Shown: positions 1 through 9,029, counted from the stretch's first letter. The stretch: DNA of 64,000 nt from Solirubrobacteraceae bacterium (GCA_035948355.1 DASZJF010000037.1:5019-69018), one strand, 5' to 3'. The notes: generated by a model not told the origin, from the sequence alone. Numbers and translations are program-made.

Positions 1-235
1 TCTGCCTCAGCGGGCTGACCGTGTCAAGAATGCCCACATCCCCCGCCACCACCTCCGCCAGCATCGGCTGGAACACCAGGTAGTTCTCGCGGTTGACCAC
101 CGACACGTCCACCCGCGCCCCCTTCGCCGCCAGGCGTTCCAGGCCCTGCGCCACATACACCCCGCCAAACCCACCGCCCAGCACCACCACGCGGGCCCGC
201 CCCCCCGGCCTGGCCTGCATGTCCGTCACCGCCAT
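1..235 (-). CDS. NAD(P)/FAD-dependent oxidoreductase (type II NADH dehydrogenase-like), 5' part only; runs off the window
   Basis: Not in the ORF track. Manual translation from ATG 235 gives MAVTDMQARPGGRARVVVLGGGFGGVYVAQGLERL...VDVSVVNRENYLVFQPMLAEV. The GxGxxG Rossmann motif and FQPML motif are typical of NDH-2. Confidence 0.85.
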   Translation of the reverse strand, partial: MAVTDMQARPGGRARVVVLGGGFGGVYVAQGLERLAAKGARVDVSVVNRENYLVFQPMLAEVVAGDVGILDTVSPLRQ

Positions 236-339
236 CCCCGCAGTATCGCCCCTCGTGTCTCCTCGCGCCCTTCAGCGGGGATAAGCCCGCTTGAGCGAGC
301 GCTGCCTTTCGCGCACGCGATCGACCGCGGACACAATCC

Positions 340-382
340 GTGCTGGCCGATCGGAGATCCCGTCGATCTCCGATCGGTCGCC
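340..382 (-). repeat. Palindromic repeat family C copy (GGCGACCGATCGGAGATC...GATCTCCGATCGGCCAGCAC)
   Basis: Near-perfect hairpin. The reverse complement aligns with 34207-34245 and 41672-41723. Confidence 0.75.
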
Positions 383-427
383 GTCCGCACGGGCTCGACC
401 CCCCAACCACCACCCCAGCGTCGCCGG

Positions 428-841
428 TCAGGTCGGTAGGCGGTACTTACGGGTGTCGGGGCAGCGCTCCAGCAGGCCGAGCTCCACCAGGGTGAGCGCG
501 TAGCGGTGCGTCGTCGACGGGCTCATGCCGAGGTCCTCGGCCATTTCAACGATCCCGCGCGAGCCCCCGTCCGGGCCGAAGCAGGTGAGGATCGACAGGC
601 CGCGCAGCAGCGAGCGCGACAGGCGCGGGTCGACGGTCCCGATCGGCATGTACCCGCCGAGGCGGGAGGCCGCGCGCCTGTCCGGGCGGTCGTCGCCCTC
701 GGGCTTCAGCGGAGCGTTCAGGGTGTCGGCGATGAGCCTGGAGATGCTCGGCGCGCGGCTGCGCGACGCCGCGCGCATCACGTCGTCGACCTGGGCGGGA
801 GACAGCTTGATGGAGATGGAGGTCGGATCGTCTTCGGTCAT
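428..841 (-). CDS. IclR-type winged HTH protein without effector domain; possible N-terminal ribbon-helix-helix
   Basis: SRSLLRGLSILTCF...GIVEMAEDLGMSPSTTHRYALTLVELGLLER...RKYRL is the IclR HTH signature. The protein ends right after it. Confidence 0.8.
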   Translation of the reverse strand: MTEDDPTSISIKLSPAQVDDVMRAASRSRAPSISRLIADTLNAPLKPEGDDRPDRRAASRLGGYMPIGTVDPRLSRSLLRGLSILTCFGPDGGSRGIVEMAEDLGMSPSTTHRYALTLVELGLLERCPDTRKYRLPT

Positions 842-1023
842 CCCGCGATAATCTCAGATGTAGACGAGTGTCACCAGCCCGTGTTTCTCAGTATGGGAAT
901 GCGTGTCGGGCTCGCCTCGACCCGGCATCGGAGCGCCGGCGGAGGGCGAGGCGCCGGAACGCGCAGGCGTGCGATGGAGCGTCCGGCGGGCACGACCGTC
1001 GGCGGGTAGCCTCCAGCGCTGCG

Positions 1024-3033
1024 ATGTCCATCACCGTCACCCTCCCAGACGGGACGCCCCTGGAGCTTCCCGACGGCGCCACCGGCGCCGACGCCGCCGC
1101 GGCGATCGGCCCCGGCCTGGCACGCGCCGCGCTCGCGATCGAGATCCGTCGGCCAGACGCGTCCGGCGGTGAGGGCGAGGAGCCCGAGATCCGCGACCTG
1201 GCGCGAGAGCTGCCCGATGGGGCCAGCGTGTCGATCCTCACCAAGAAGAGCGGCGCGCCGGCGCTGCAGCTGATCCGCCACGACGCCGCCCACGTGCTCG
1301 CAGCCGCCGTCATCGAGCTCTACCCCGGCGTGCGCATCTCGATCGGGCCGCCGATCGAGCAAGGCTTCTACTACGACTTCGAGTTCCCCCCCGGCGTCAC
1401 CGTCTCCGAGGAGCAGTTCCCCGAGATCGAAGCGCGCATGCGCGAGCACGTCAGCGCGGGAGAGACCTTCGAGCGCCAAGACGTCACGCCCGCGCAGGCC
1501 CGCGAGCGCTTCGTCTCAGAGAATCAGATCTACAAGGTCGAGCTGATCGACGATCTCGTCAGCGCCGCCCCCCCGGACCATCCCCTGGAGACGGTCTCGC
1601 TGTACACAAACGGCCCCTTCACCGACCTCTGCCGCGGACCGCACGCGCCCAGCACCGGCGCGATCGGCGCCTTCGCGCTGCAATCGGTCGCCGGCGCCTA
1701 CTGGCGCGGGAACTCCACCCGCACGATGCTCACGCGCATCTACGGCACCGCCTTTCACTCCTCCGCCGAACTGAAACAGCACCTGGAGCGCCTCGAGCAG
1801 GCGCGCGCGCGCGACCATCGCAAGCTCGGGCGCGAGCTCGACCTCTTCACCTTCTCCGAGGTCTCCCCCGGCGCGGCCTTCTGGCTGCCCGCCGGCACGC
1901 GCCTGTGGAACAAGCTCGTCGCCGTCTCGCGCGAGATGGGCTCCGCGCGCGGCTACACCGAGGTCAAGACGCCCATCATCTACGACGCCGAGCTGTGGAA
2001 GACCTCCGGGCACTGGGGCAAGTACCGCGAGCACATGTTCCTCGCGGTCGACTCCGAGGGCGAGGAGATGGGCGCGGTCAAGCCGATGAACTGCCCCGGG
2101 CACGCGCACCTGTTCGCGATGCGCCGCCACTCCTACCGCGACCTGCCCGTGCGCTACTCAGAGCCGGGCCTGCTGCACCGCAACGAGCCCTCGGGCGTGC
2201 TCCACGGGCTGCTGCGCGTTCGCCACTTCGCCCAGGACGACGCGCACATCTTCTGTACCGAGGAGCAGGTCCAGGCCGAGGTCGCCGGCTGTCTCGAGCT
2301 GGCCTTCGCCACCTACGCGCTGTTCGACTTCGACCTGCGCCTGGAGCTCTCCACTCGCCCCGACGAGCGCATCGGCGACGACGCCATGTGGGATCGCGCC
2401 GAGAGCGCGCTCACCACGGCGCTCGACGAGCAGGGCCTGAAATATGAGCTGAACCCCGGCGACGGCGCCTTCTACGGCCCGAAGATCGACATGCACATGA
2501 CCGACTCGCTCGGGCGCTCGTGGCAGTTGGGAACAGTTCAGCTCGACTACTCGATGCCCGCTCGCTTCGGCCTCACCTACACCGGCGCCGACAACTCAGA
2601 GCACACGCCCGTGATGATCCACCGCGCCTGCTTCGGCTCCTGGGAGCGCTTCATCGGGATCATGCTCGAGCACTACGCGGGCGAGCTGCCGCTATGGCTC
2701 GCGCCGGTGCAGGCGATCGTGCTGCCCGTCTCCGACCACTACAACCACTACGCCCAGAGCGTCGCGCAGGATCTGCGCGCGGGCGGAGCCCACGTCGAGT
2801 GCGACGAGCGTGGCGAGTCCGTCGGGCGCAAGATCCGCGAGGCCGAGCTGCGCAAGATTCCCTACATGCTGATCGTCGGCGAGCGCGAGCAGGCCGATCG
2901 CAGCGTGTCCGTGCGCGAGCACCGCAGCGGCGACACCGGCGCCGTCACGCTGCAGAGCTTCGGCGAGCGGTTGCGGGGCGAGCTATACTCGGCACCGTTG
3001 ACACCCCGCCCATCCTCAGAGCGCGACGCCTGA
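1024..3033 (+). CDS. thrS: Threonine--tRNA ligase
   Basis: TGS domain, editing motifs HDAAH and DLCRGPH, KPMNCPGH, FYGPKID, TVQLD, anticodon domain. ATG 1024 preferred. Confidence 0.98.
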   Translation: MSITVTLPDGTPLELPDGATGADAAAAIGPGLARAALAIEIRRPDASGGEGEEPEIRDLARELPDGASVSILTKKSGAPALQLIRHDAAHVLAAAVIELYPGVRISIGPPIEQGFYYDFEFPPGVTVSEEQFPEIEARMREHVSAGETFERQDVTPAQARERFVSENQIYKVELIDDLVSAAPPDHPLETVSLYTNGPFTDLCRGPHAPSTGAIGAFALQSVAGAYWRGNSTRTMLTRIYGTAFHSSAELKQHLERLEQARARDHRKLGRELDLFTFSEVSPGAAFWLPAGTRLWNKLVAVSREMGSARGYTEVKTPIIYDAELWKTSGHWGKYREHMFLAVDSEGEEMGAVKPMNCPGHAHLFAMRRHSYRDLPVRYSEPGLLHRNEPSGVLHGLLRVRHFAQDDAHIFCTEEQVQAEVAGCLELAFATYALFDFDLRLELSTRPDERIGDDAMWDRAESALTTALDEQGLKYELNPGDGAFYGPKIDMHMTDSLGRSWQLGTVQLDYSMPARFGLTYTGADNSEHTPVMIHRACFGSWERFIGIMLEHYAGELPLWLAPVQAIVLPVSDHYNHYAQSVAQDLRAGGAHVECDERGESVGRKIREAELRKIPYMLIVGEREQADRSVSVREHRSGDTGAVTLQSFGERLRGELYSAPLTPRPSSERDA

Positions 3034-3063
3034 CTTCGGCTTGACGCGCAGTTACGACAGCTA

Positions 3064-3831
3064 GTGCCGGTACCTCGCAGATTCGACCGGCGCCCGCCCG
3101 AGCGGGACCAGACCAGGGTCAACGAGCGCATCCGCGTGCCCGAGGTGCGCGTGATCGACGACGAGGGCAATCAGATCGGCGTGATGAAGACGCCCGAGGC
3201 GCTCAACTTCGCCCAAGAACGCGACCTCGACCTCGTCGAGGTCGCCCCCGAGGCCCGCCCGCCAGTCTGCCGCGTGCTCGACTACTCCAAGTACAAGTAC
3301 GAGCAGGCCCAAAAGCTCAAGCAGGCGCGCAAGCACCAGCAGCAGATCACGGTGCGCGAGATCAAGTTCCGTCCCAAGATCGCCCAGCACGACTACGACA
3401 CCAAGAAGCACCACGTCGAGCGCTTCCTGCGCCACAAGGACAAGGTCAAGGTCACGATCATGTTCCGCGGGCGCGAGGTCACCCATCCCGAGCGCGGCAC
3501 CGCGATCCTCGATCGCCTGGCCGAGGAGCTCTCCGAGCTGGGCGTCGTCGAGCAGCGCCCGATGCAGGAAGGGCGCAACATGACGATGATGATGGCCCCC
3601 TCCAAAGCCGTCCTCGCCGGCCGCTTCGACGGGGCCGGCGCCTCCGACGGCGCGGGACCGGCCGAGCCGGCCGCGGGCGCCGCTGAGAACGGCGCCGCGA
3701 ACGCGGACGCCGGGAGCCCGTCGGAGCCCGCCGCCGCAAACGGCGCCGCCGGCGCCGGCGCGGACGGCGCCCAGAGCGCCGCCTCCTCACCCGAGCCCTC
3801 CACGGCCGCGGGCGAGGACACCGCCGCCTGA
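3064..3831 (+). CDS. infC: Translation initiation factor IF-3 with long Ala/Gly/Pro-rich C-terminal tail
   Basis: RVNERIRVPEVRVI, DLVEVAP, REIKFRPKI, KVKVTIMFRGRE; position thrS-infC-rpmI-rplT. Confidence 0.97.
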   Translation: MPVPRRFDRRPPERDQTRVNERIRVPEVRVIDDEGNQIGVMKTPEALNFAQERDLDLVEVAPEARPPVCRVLDYSKYKYEQAQKLKQARKHQQQITVREIKFRPKIAQHDYDTKKHHVERFLRHKDKVKVTIMFRGREVTHPERGTAILDRLAEELSELGVVEQRPMQEGRNMTMMMAPSKAVLAGRFDGAGASDGAGPAEPAAGAAENGAANADAGSPSEPAAANGAAGAGADGAQSAASSPEPSTAAGEDTAA

Positions 3832-3903
3832 CCGGCGCCGGGCACCGCCGGGTCCATTAGGGCTGGCGCATCGAGCCGGGCATGTCATACTGTTGCGCTC
3901 GAT

Positions 3904-4104
3904 ATGCCCAAGATGAAGACACACTCCGGCGCCAAGAAGCGCTTCAAGGTCACCGCCTCCGGCAAGGTGCGGGGCAGGCACGCTTTCACGAGCCACATCC
4001 TCGAGAAGAAGTCGCCCAAGCACAAGCGCGCCCTCGGCCGTCCGGCGCCGATCTCCGACCACGACACGCCGCGGGTGAAGCGACTGCTGGGAGTAGGCAA
4101 ATGA
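3904..4104 (+). CDS. rpmI: 50S ribosomal protein L35
   Basis: [21 protein letters not shown]...HILEKKS. Confidence 0.98.
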   Translation: MPKMKTHSGAKKRFKVTASGKVRGRHAFTSHILEKKSPKHKRALGRPAPISDHDTPRVKRLLGVGK

Positions 4105-4472
4105 CCAGGGTAAAGCGCTCGCTGCACGCGCGCAAGAAGCGCCGCGCGACGCTCGAGCTGACGAAGGGTTTCCGCGGGGAGGCGCACTCGAATTACAAGC
4201 GCGCCAAGGAGGCCCTGATGAAGGCGGACGCCTACGCCTACCGCGACCGGCGCAACCGCAAGCGCGACTTCCGCCGGCTGTGGATCACGCGCATCAACGC
4301 CGCCGCCCGCCAAAACGGCATGAGCTACTCGCAGTTCATGCACGGCCTCTCGCTCGCCGGGATCGAGCTGGACCGCAAGGTGCTGGCCGACATCGCCGTG
4401 CGCGACGCCGACACGTTCCGACGTTTCGCGCAGACCGCCCGTGAGGCTTCGTCGTCGGCGTCGGCCGCCTGA
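4101..4472 (+). CDS. rplT: 50S ribosomal protein L20
   Basis: MTRVKRS...[24 protein letters not shown]; ATG 4101 overlaps the rpmI stop. Confidence 0.98.
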   Translation: MTRVKRSLHARKKRRATLELTKGFRGEAHSNYKRAKEALMKADAYAYRDRRNRKRDFRRLWITRINAAARQNGMSYSQFMHGLSLAGIELDRKVLADIAVRDADTFRRFAQTAREASSSASAA

Positions 4473-4498
4473 TCACCCCACCGACATCGACACGCTCC

Positions 4499-4533
4499 GG
4501 GCGTCGCTCCTGACAGGGACGGCGCCCTTTTTT
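4499..4533 (+). terminator. Rho-independent terminator after rplT
   Basis: GGGCGTCGCTCC-TGACA-GGGACGGCGCCC followed by TTTTTT. Confidence 0.85.
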
Positions 4534-4597
4534 GTGCTCCCACTGAACCGCCACTCCCGACCTCCACACCCATCGCACATCCACCACATCAGCGCCA

Positions 4598-5392
4598 ATG
4601 ACCATCACCTCCCCTCACAACCCGCACCTCAAAGAGCTGCGCCGGCTGGCGCGCCGGCGCGAGCGCGAGCGCGCGGGCCGATTCCTGGCCGAGGGCGAGG
4701 ATCTGATCATCGCCGCCGAGCGCGCCGGATGGCCGGCCGTCGAGGGCTACCGCGTGGCCGGCTCCGAGCTCGGCGGGACACGTTTCACCGACGTCGCGCC
4801 CGATGCGCTCGCGGCCGTCTCGGCGCTCGGCTCGGGCACGCGCGTGATCGGCGTCTACGAGCAGCGCTGGCTGGGCGCGCCCGCGGGCCCGCTGTGCGTG
4901 TACCTGCACGGTGTCCGCGACCCAGGCAACGTCGGCACGGTGCTGCGTAGCGCGACCGCTTTCGGCGCCTCCTGCGTGGCGCTCGGGCCGGACTGCGCCG
5001 ATCCCTATGGACCCAAGGCCGTGCGCGCGAGCATGGGCGCGGTGTTCGCCGTCGCGCTCGCGCGCGTACAGGCGACAGATGCAGCGGGGCCGCACGCGAT
5101 GGGGATATTCGACATGGCTTCGCTGCCGGGCGAGCGCATCGCGCTCGTCGCCGGGGCGGGCGAGCCGTTGGTGGAGCTGTGTACACGGCTCGGCGCTGCG
5201 AACGAAGGCCCGGGAGCGCTCACCCTGCTCGTCGGCTCAGAGCGCTCCGGGCTGCCTGAGGAAGTCGTGAGCGGGTGCGATCACGTCGCCCACATCCCCA
5301 TCGCGGCCGAGTCGCTCAACGCCGCGATGGCCGCGACCGTGGCACTGTACGAGACTACGACCCGCCGCTCGACTAGGGTCCGGGCGTCATGA
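4598..5392 (+). CDS. TrmH/SpoU (SPOUT) family RNA methyltransferase
   Basis: VRDPGNVGTVLRSA, KAVRASMG, LVGSERSGL, SLNAAMAA; conserved position between rplT and pheS. Confidence 0.93.
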   Translation: MTITSPHNPHLKELRRLARRRERERAGRFLAEGEDLIIAAERAGWPAVEGYRVAGSELGGTRFTDVAPDALAAVSALGSGTRVIGVYEQRWLGAPAGPLCVYLHGVRDPGNVGTVLRSATAFGASCVALGPDCADPYGPKAVRASMGAVFAVALARVQATDAAGPHAMGIFDMASLPGERIALVAGAGEPLVELCTRLGAANEGPGALTLLVGSERSGLPEEVVSGCDHVAHIPIAAESLNAAMAATVALYETTTRRSTRVRAS

Positions 5393-6537
5393 TCGAGCGG
5401 ATCGACGAGCTGAGCGCGCAGGCGCGGACGGCAATCGCCGGGGCCGACAGCGGTGAGGCCCTGGAGGAACTGCGGGTGCACTACCTCGGGCGCAAGGCCG
5501 AGCTGCCCCAACTGCTGCGCGGCGTGGCCGACCTGGAGCCCGAGCAGCGGGCGGCGGTCGGCAAGGCCGCCAACCGGGCGCGCCGGCAGCTGGAGGGCAT
5601 GATCGAGGCGCGGGCCGCCGAGCTGAGCGGCGCCGAGCTGGAGCGCCGGCTGCGCGAGGACCGCTGCGACGTGACGCTACCCGGAGCGCCTCCCCAGCCG
5701 CTCGGGCGGCTGCACGTCCTGACGAGCACGCGGCGACGCCTGGAAGACATCTTCCTCGGGCTCGGCTTCACCGTCATGGAGGGCCCTGAGGTCGAGACGG
5801 TTCACTACAACTTCGACGCGCTCAACCACTCACCGACGCACCCGGCCCGCGCGCGGACCGACACGTTCTATGTGGCTCAGGAGGGCGCGCAAAGCGCGCC
5901 CGGTCACGGCCGCCCGGAGGGCGGCCGTCCAAATCAGAACGCGGGGCGGGATGCCCCGCGGAGCAGTTCCGTGCTGCGGACACATACCTCGCCGATGCAG
6001 ATCCGGGCGATGGAGGCCCATCCGCCACCGCTGTACGTCGTCATCCCCGGACGCGTCTACCGCCCCGACTCCGACGCCACGCACACGCCCCAGTTTCATC
6101 AGATCGAGGGATTGGCAGTGGACGAGGACATCACGCTCGCCGATCTCAAGGGCACGCTGCTCGTGTTCGCGCGCGAGATGTTCGGAGATGCGCGCGAGGT
6201 GCGACTGCGCCCGCATTTCTTCCCCTTCACCGAGCCCAGCGTCGAGGTCGACGTCTCCTGCTTTCACTGCGACGGCCGGGGACATCTGCGCGACGGCTCG
6301 CGCTGCTACCTGTGCAAGGGCGAGGGCTGGCTGGAGGTGCTGGGCGCGGGCGAGGTCGATCCGAACGTGTACTCCTACGTAGCCACCACCGAGGCCAACT
6401 CCCCGGGCTATGACCCCGAGCGCGTCCAGGGCTTCGCCTGGGGCATGGGGATCGAGCGGATCGCGATGCTCATGCACGGCATCCCCGACCTGCGGCTGTA
6501 CTACGAAAACGATCTCAGGTTCTTGGAGCAGTTCTGA
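5389..6537 (+). CDS. pheS: Phenylalanine--tRNA ligase alpha subunit, with an in-frame ~27-aa insertion
   Basis: NFDALNHSPTHPAR, LRTHTSPMQIR, FHQIEGL, FPFTEPS, GFAWGMGIERIAM. Confidence 0.98.
   Translation: MIERIDELSAQARTAIAGADSGEALEELRVHYLGRKAELPQLLRGVADLEPEQRAAVGKAANRARRQLEGMIEARAAELSGAELERRLREDRCDVTLPGAPPQPLGRLHVLTSTRRRLEDIFLGLGFTVMEGPEVETVHYNFDALNHSPTHPARARTDTFYVAQEGAQSAPGHGRPEGGRPNQNAGRDAPRSSSVLRTHTSPMQIRAMEAHPPPLYVVIPGRVYRPDSDATHTPQFHQIEGLAVDEDITLADLKGTLLVFAREMFGDAREVRLRPHFFPFTEPSVEVDVSCFHCDGRGHLRDGSRCYLCKGEGWLEVLGAGEVDPNVYSYVATTEANSPGYDPERVQGFAWGMGIERIAMLMHGIPDLRLYYENDLRFLEQF
5883..5962 (+). repeat. Triple-hairpin repeat family A copy, in frame inside pheS
   Basis: Three hairpins (5883-5901, 5908-5926, 5940-5960). 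The architecture and the GTCAC-GG and AACGCGGGGC.GGATGC.CCGCGGA motifs match 56572-56647. Confidence 0.8.
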
Positions 6538-9029
6538 TGCGCGTTCCCGAGACATGGCTGCGCGAATACTGCGACCCCGACCTCGACGTCGCCGGTGTGG
6601 AGGAGCGCCTGACGATGACCGGCACCAAGGTCGAGGCGATCCACCATCACGGGGTGAGCGCCGTCGAGCGGTTCGTCGTGGGCAGGGTGCTCACCTGCGA
6701 ACGCCATCCGAACGCCGACCGGCTGAGCGTGTGCACGGTCGAGCTCGGGGTGGCGTCACAGGACGGCCCGGCGACGATCGTCTGCGGCGCCCCGAACGTG
6801 GCCGCCGGCCAGACCGTGGCCGTCGCGCTCCCCGGCGCGGTGATGCCCGACGGCATGGAGATCAAGCAGGCGAAGCTGCGGGGGGTCATCTCCGCAGGGA
6901 TGATCTGCGCCGAGCGTGAGCTCGGCATCGGGGCGGGCGGGGACGAGGTCAAGGGCATCATGGTGCTCGACGCCGAGCCACCCGGCACGCCGCTGGCCGA
7001 CGTACTGCCGATCGCCACCGAGGTGATCGAGCTGGAGGTGACGCCCAACCGGCCGGACTGCCTCGGCGTGTACGCGGTCGCGCGCGAGCTGCATGCCGCG
7101 ACCGGGGCGCCGCTCGCGCCCGAGCCCTGGCGCGAGGACCCTGGCTCGCCGGGTGCGCCAACGGGCGTCGAGGTGACGGTGCAGTGTCCCGACCTCTGCC
7201 CGCGGTTCACCGCGCGCGTGTTCGAGAACGTCACGATCGCGCCATCCCCGCCGTGGCTCGCAGCGCGGCTGAGCGCCGCCGGGCAGCGGCCGATCAACAA
7301 CGTGGTCGACATCACCAACTACGCCATGCTGCTCACCGGCCAGCCGCTGCATGCCTTCGACCTCGACCGTGTCGCGGGCGCGCGCCTGACGGTCCGCCGC
7401 GCCGGCGAAGGAGAGTCGGTGACGACGCTCGACGGGCAGACACGCACGCTCGACGCAGAGATGGTCGTGATCGAGGACGCAGACGGCCCGACCTCGATCG
7501 CGGGCCTGATGGGCGGAGAGCGCTCGGAGGTCCAGCCGGAGACGACACGCGTGCTGCTGGAGGTCGCCAACTGGTACGGGCCCAGCATCCACCGCACCTC
7601 CTGGGCGCTCGGGCTGCGCAGCGAGGCCTCGGGGCGCTTCGAGAAGGGCCTCGCGCCCGAGCAGTGCCCGTGGGCGCAGGCGGTCGCGAGCAGGCTGATG
7701 ATCGAGTGCTGCGGCGCCACGCTGCTGCCGGGCACGATCGACGTCGGCGGCGAGGGCGCCCCGCCTCCTGCGATCGGCCTGCGCGAGGCGCGCGTCCGCT
7801 CGATCCTCGGCGTCGAGATCCCCCGCCCCCGCCAGGCGCAAATCCTGAACGCGCTGGACTTCCACACCACCGAGGTGGACGACGGGCTGCAGGCGACCCC
7901 GCCGCCCGTCCGGCGCGAGGACGTCACCCGCGAGATCGACCTGATCGAGGAGGTCGCCCGCATCGACGGCTTGGAGCGCCTGCCGGTCACGCTGCCCGCG
8001 CGCCGTGGCGCGGCCGGTCGGCTGACGCACGCCCAGCGGGTGCGTCGCGCCGCCGAGGACGCGCTCGTCGGGCGCGGCCTGCACGAGATCGTAGGCTGGA
8101 GCTTCGCCGAGCCCGCGCTGCTGGACCGACTGCTGCTACCGGCCGACCACCCGCTGCGAGGCGTGGTAAGGATCGAAAACCCACTCTCGGAGGATCAGTC
8201 GATCATGCGCCCGACGCTGCTCGGCTCGCTGCTCGACGCCGCGCGTCACAACGTCGCACGCAATGGCCCCGACCTCGCCATCTTCGAGTCCGGCGCCGTC
8301 TACCGCGCGGCGGATGAGGACTCCGACGGCGATCGCCCCGCCGACGAACACCACGCGCTCGGCGTGCTGCTGGCCGGCGAGCTGGAGCCCTCCTCCTGGC
8401 GCGGGCGCCGCGGCGAGGCTGACTTCTTCGCCGCCAAGGCGCTGCTCGGCTCACTGCTCGATCGCTTCCACGTCGACTGGTCGGTGCGCGAGGCTTCGCG
8501 CTGGCCGTTCCTGCACCCCGGGCGCAGCGCCGAGGTGCTCGTGCGCGCGCCCTCCGCCGAGCCGCTGCTGGCCGAAACGGGGATGCTCGCCAAAGGCGAG
8601 TGTCACCCGGCATCGGTTGGCTTCCTCGGCGAGGTCCACCCGCGCGTGGCCGAGAGCTGGGATCTGGGACGCGCGGCGACGTTCGCGATCGACCTCGGCA
8701 TCCTCGCCGCGGTCGCGCCCGAGGTCGCCTCCTTCATCGCCTTCGGGCCGTTCCCGGCGCTGCGTCAAGACCTCGCGGTCACGTTGCCCGTCGAGGTCTC
8801 CGCGCGCGAGCTGCTGCACCTCGTGCGCGGGGCGGGAGGGGAGATGCTCGACACGGCCGAGATCTTCGACGTCTACACCGGCGCCCAGGTGGGGGAGGGG
8901 CGGCGCTCGCTCGCCCTTGCCATGTCGTTCCGCGCGCTCGACCGCACGCTGACCGACGAGGACGTAGCGCCGGTGCGCGAGCGGATCGTCGCAGCGCTGA
9001 GCGAGCTGGGGGGTGAGCTTCGTGGCTGA
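6537..9029 (+). CDS. pheT: Phenylalanine--tRNA ligase beta subunit
   Basis: HPNADRL, IVCGAPN, TPNRPDCL, RPINNVVDITNY, RFEKG, DLIEEVARI, ferredoxin-fold C-terminus. Confidence 0.98.
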   Translation: MRVPETWLREYCDPDLDVAGVEERLTMTGTKVEAIHHHGVSAVERFVVGRVLTCERHPNADRLSVCTVELGVASQDGPATIVCGAPNVAAGQTVAVALPGAVMPDGMEIKQAKLRGVISAGMICAERELGIGAGGDEVKGIMVLDAEPPGTPLADVLPIATEVIELEVTPNRPDCLGVYAVARELHAATGAPLAPEPWREDPGSPGAPTGVEVTVQCPDLCPRFTARVFENVTIAPSPPWLAARLSAAGQRPINNVVDITNYAMLLTGQPLHAFDLDRVAGARLTVRRAGEGESVTTLDGQTRTLDAEMVVIEDADGPTSIAGLMGGERSEVQPETTRVLLEVANWYGPSIHRTSWALGLRSEASGRFEKGLAPEQCPWAQAVASRLMIECCGATLLPGTIDVGGEGAPPPAIGLREARVRSILGVEIPRPRQAQILNALDFHTTEVDDGLQATPPPVRREDVTREIDLIEEVARIDGLERLPVTLPARRGAAGRLTHAQRVRRAAEDALVGRGLHEIVGWSFAEPALLDRLLLPADHPLRGVVRIENPLSEDQSIMRPTLLGSLLDAARHNVARNGPDLAIFESGAVYRAADEDSDGDRPADEHHALGVLLAGELEPSSWRGRRGEADFFAAKALLGSLLDRFHVDWSVREASRWPFLHPGRSAEVLVRAPSAEPLLAETGMLAKGECHPASVGFLGEVHPRVAESWDLGRAATFAIDLGILAAVAPEVASFIAFGPFPALRQDLAVTLPVEVSARELLHLVRGAGGEMLDTAEIFDVYTGAQVGEGRRSLALAMSFRALDRTLTDEDVAPVRERIVAALSELGGELRG

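Noticed and set aside
842-1023. T-box or tRNA upstream of thrS
   Set aside because: GC-rich hairpins are present, but there is no T-box sequence, terminator or cloverleaf.
2985-3063. Possible infC promoter or L20 leader (TATACT 2985, TTGACA 2998, TTGACG 3041)
   Set aside because: The hexamers are not correctly spaced as a -35/-10 pair, and no convincing leader structure was found.
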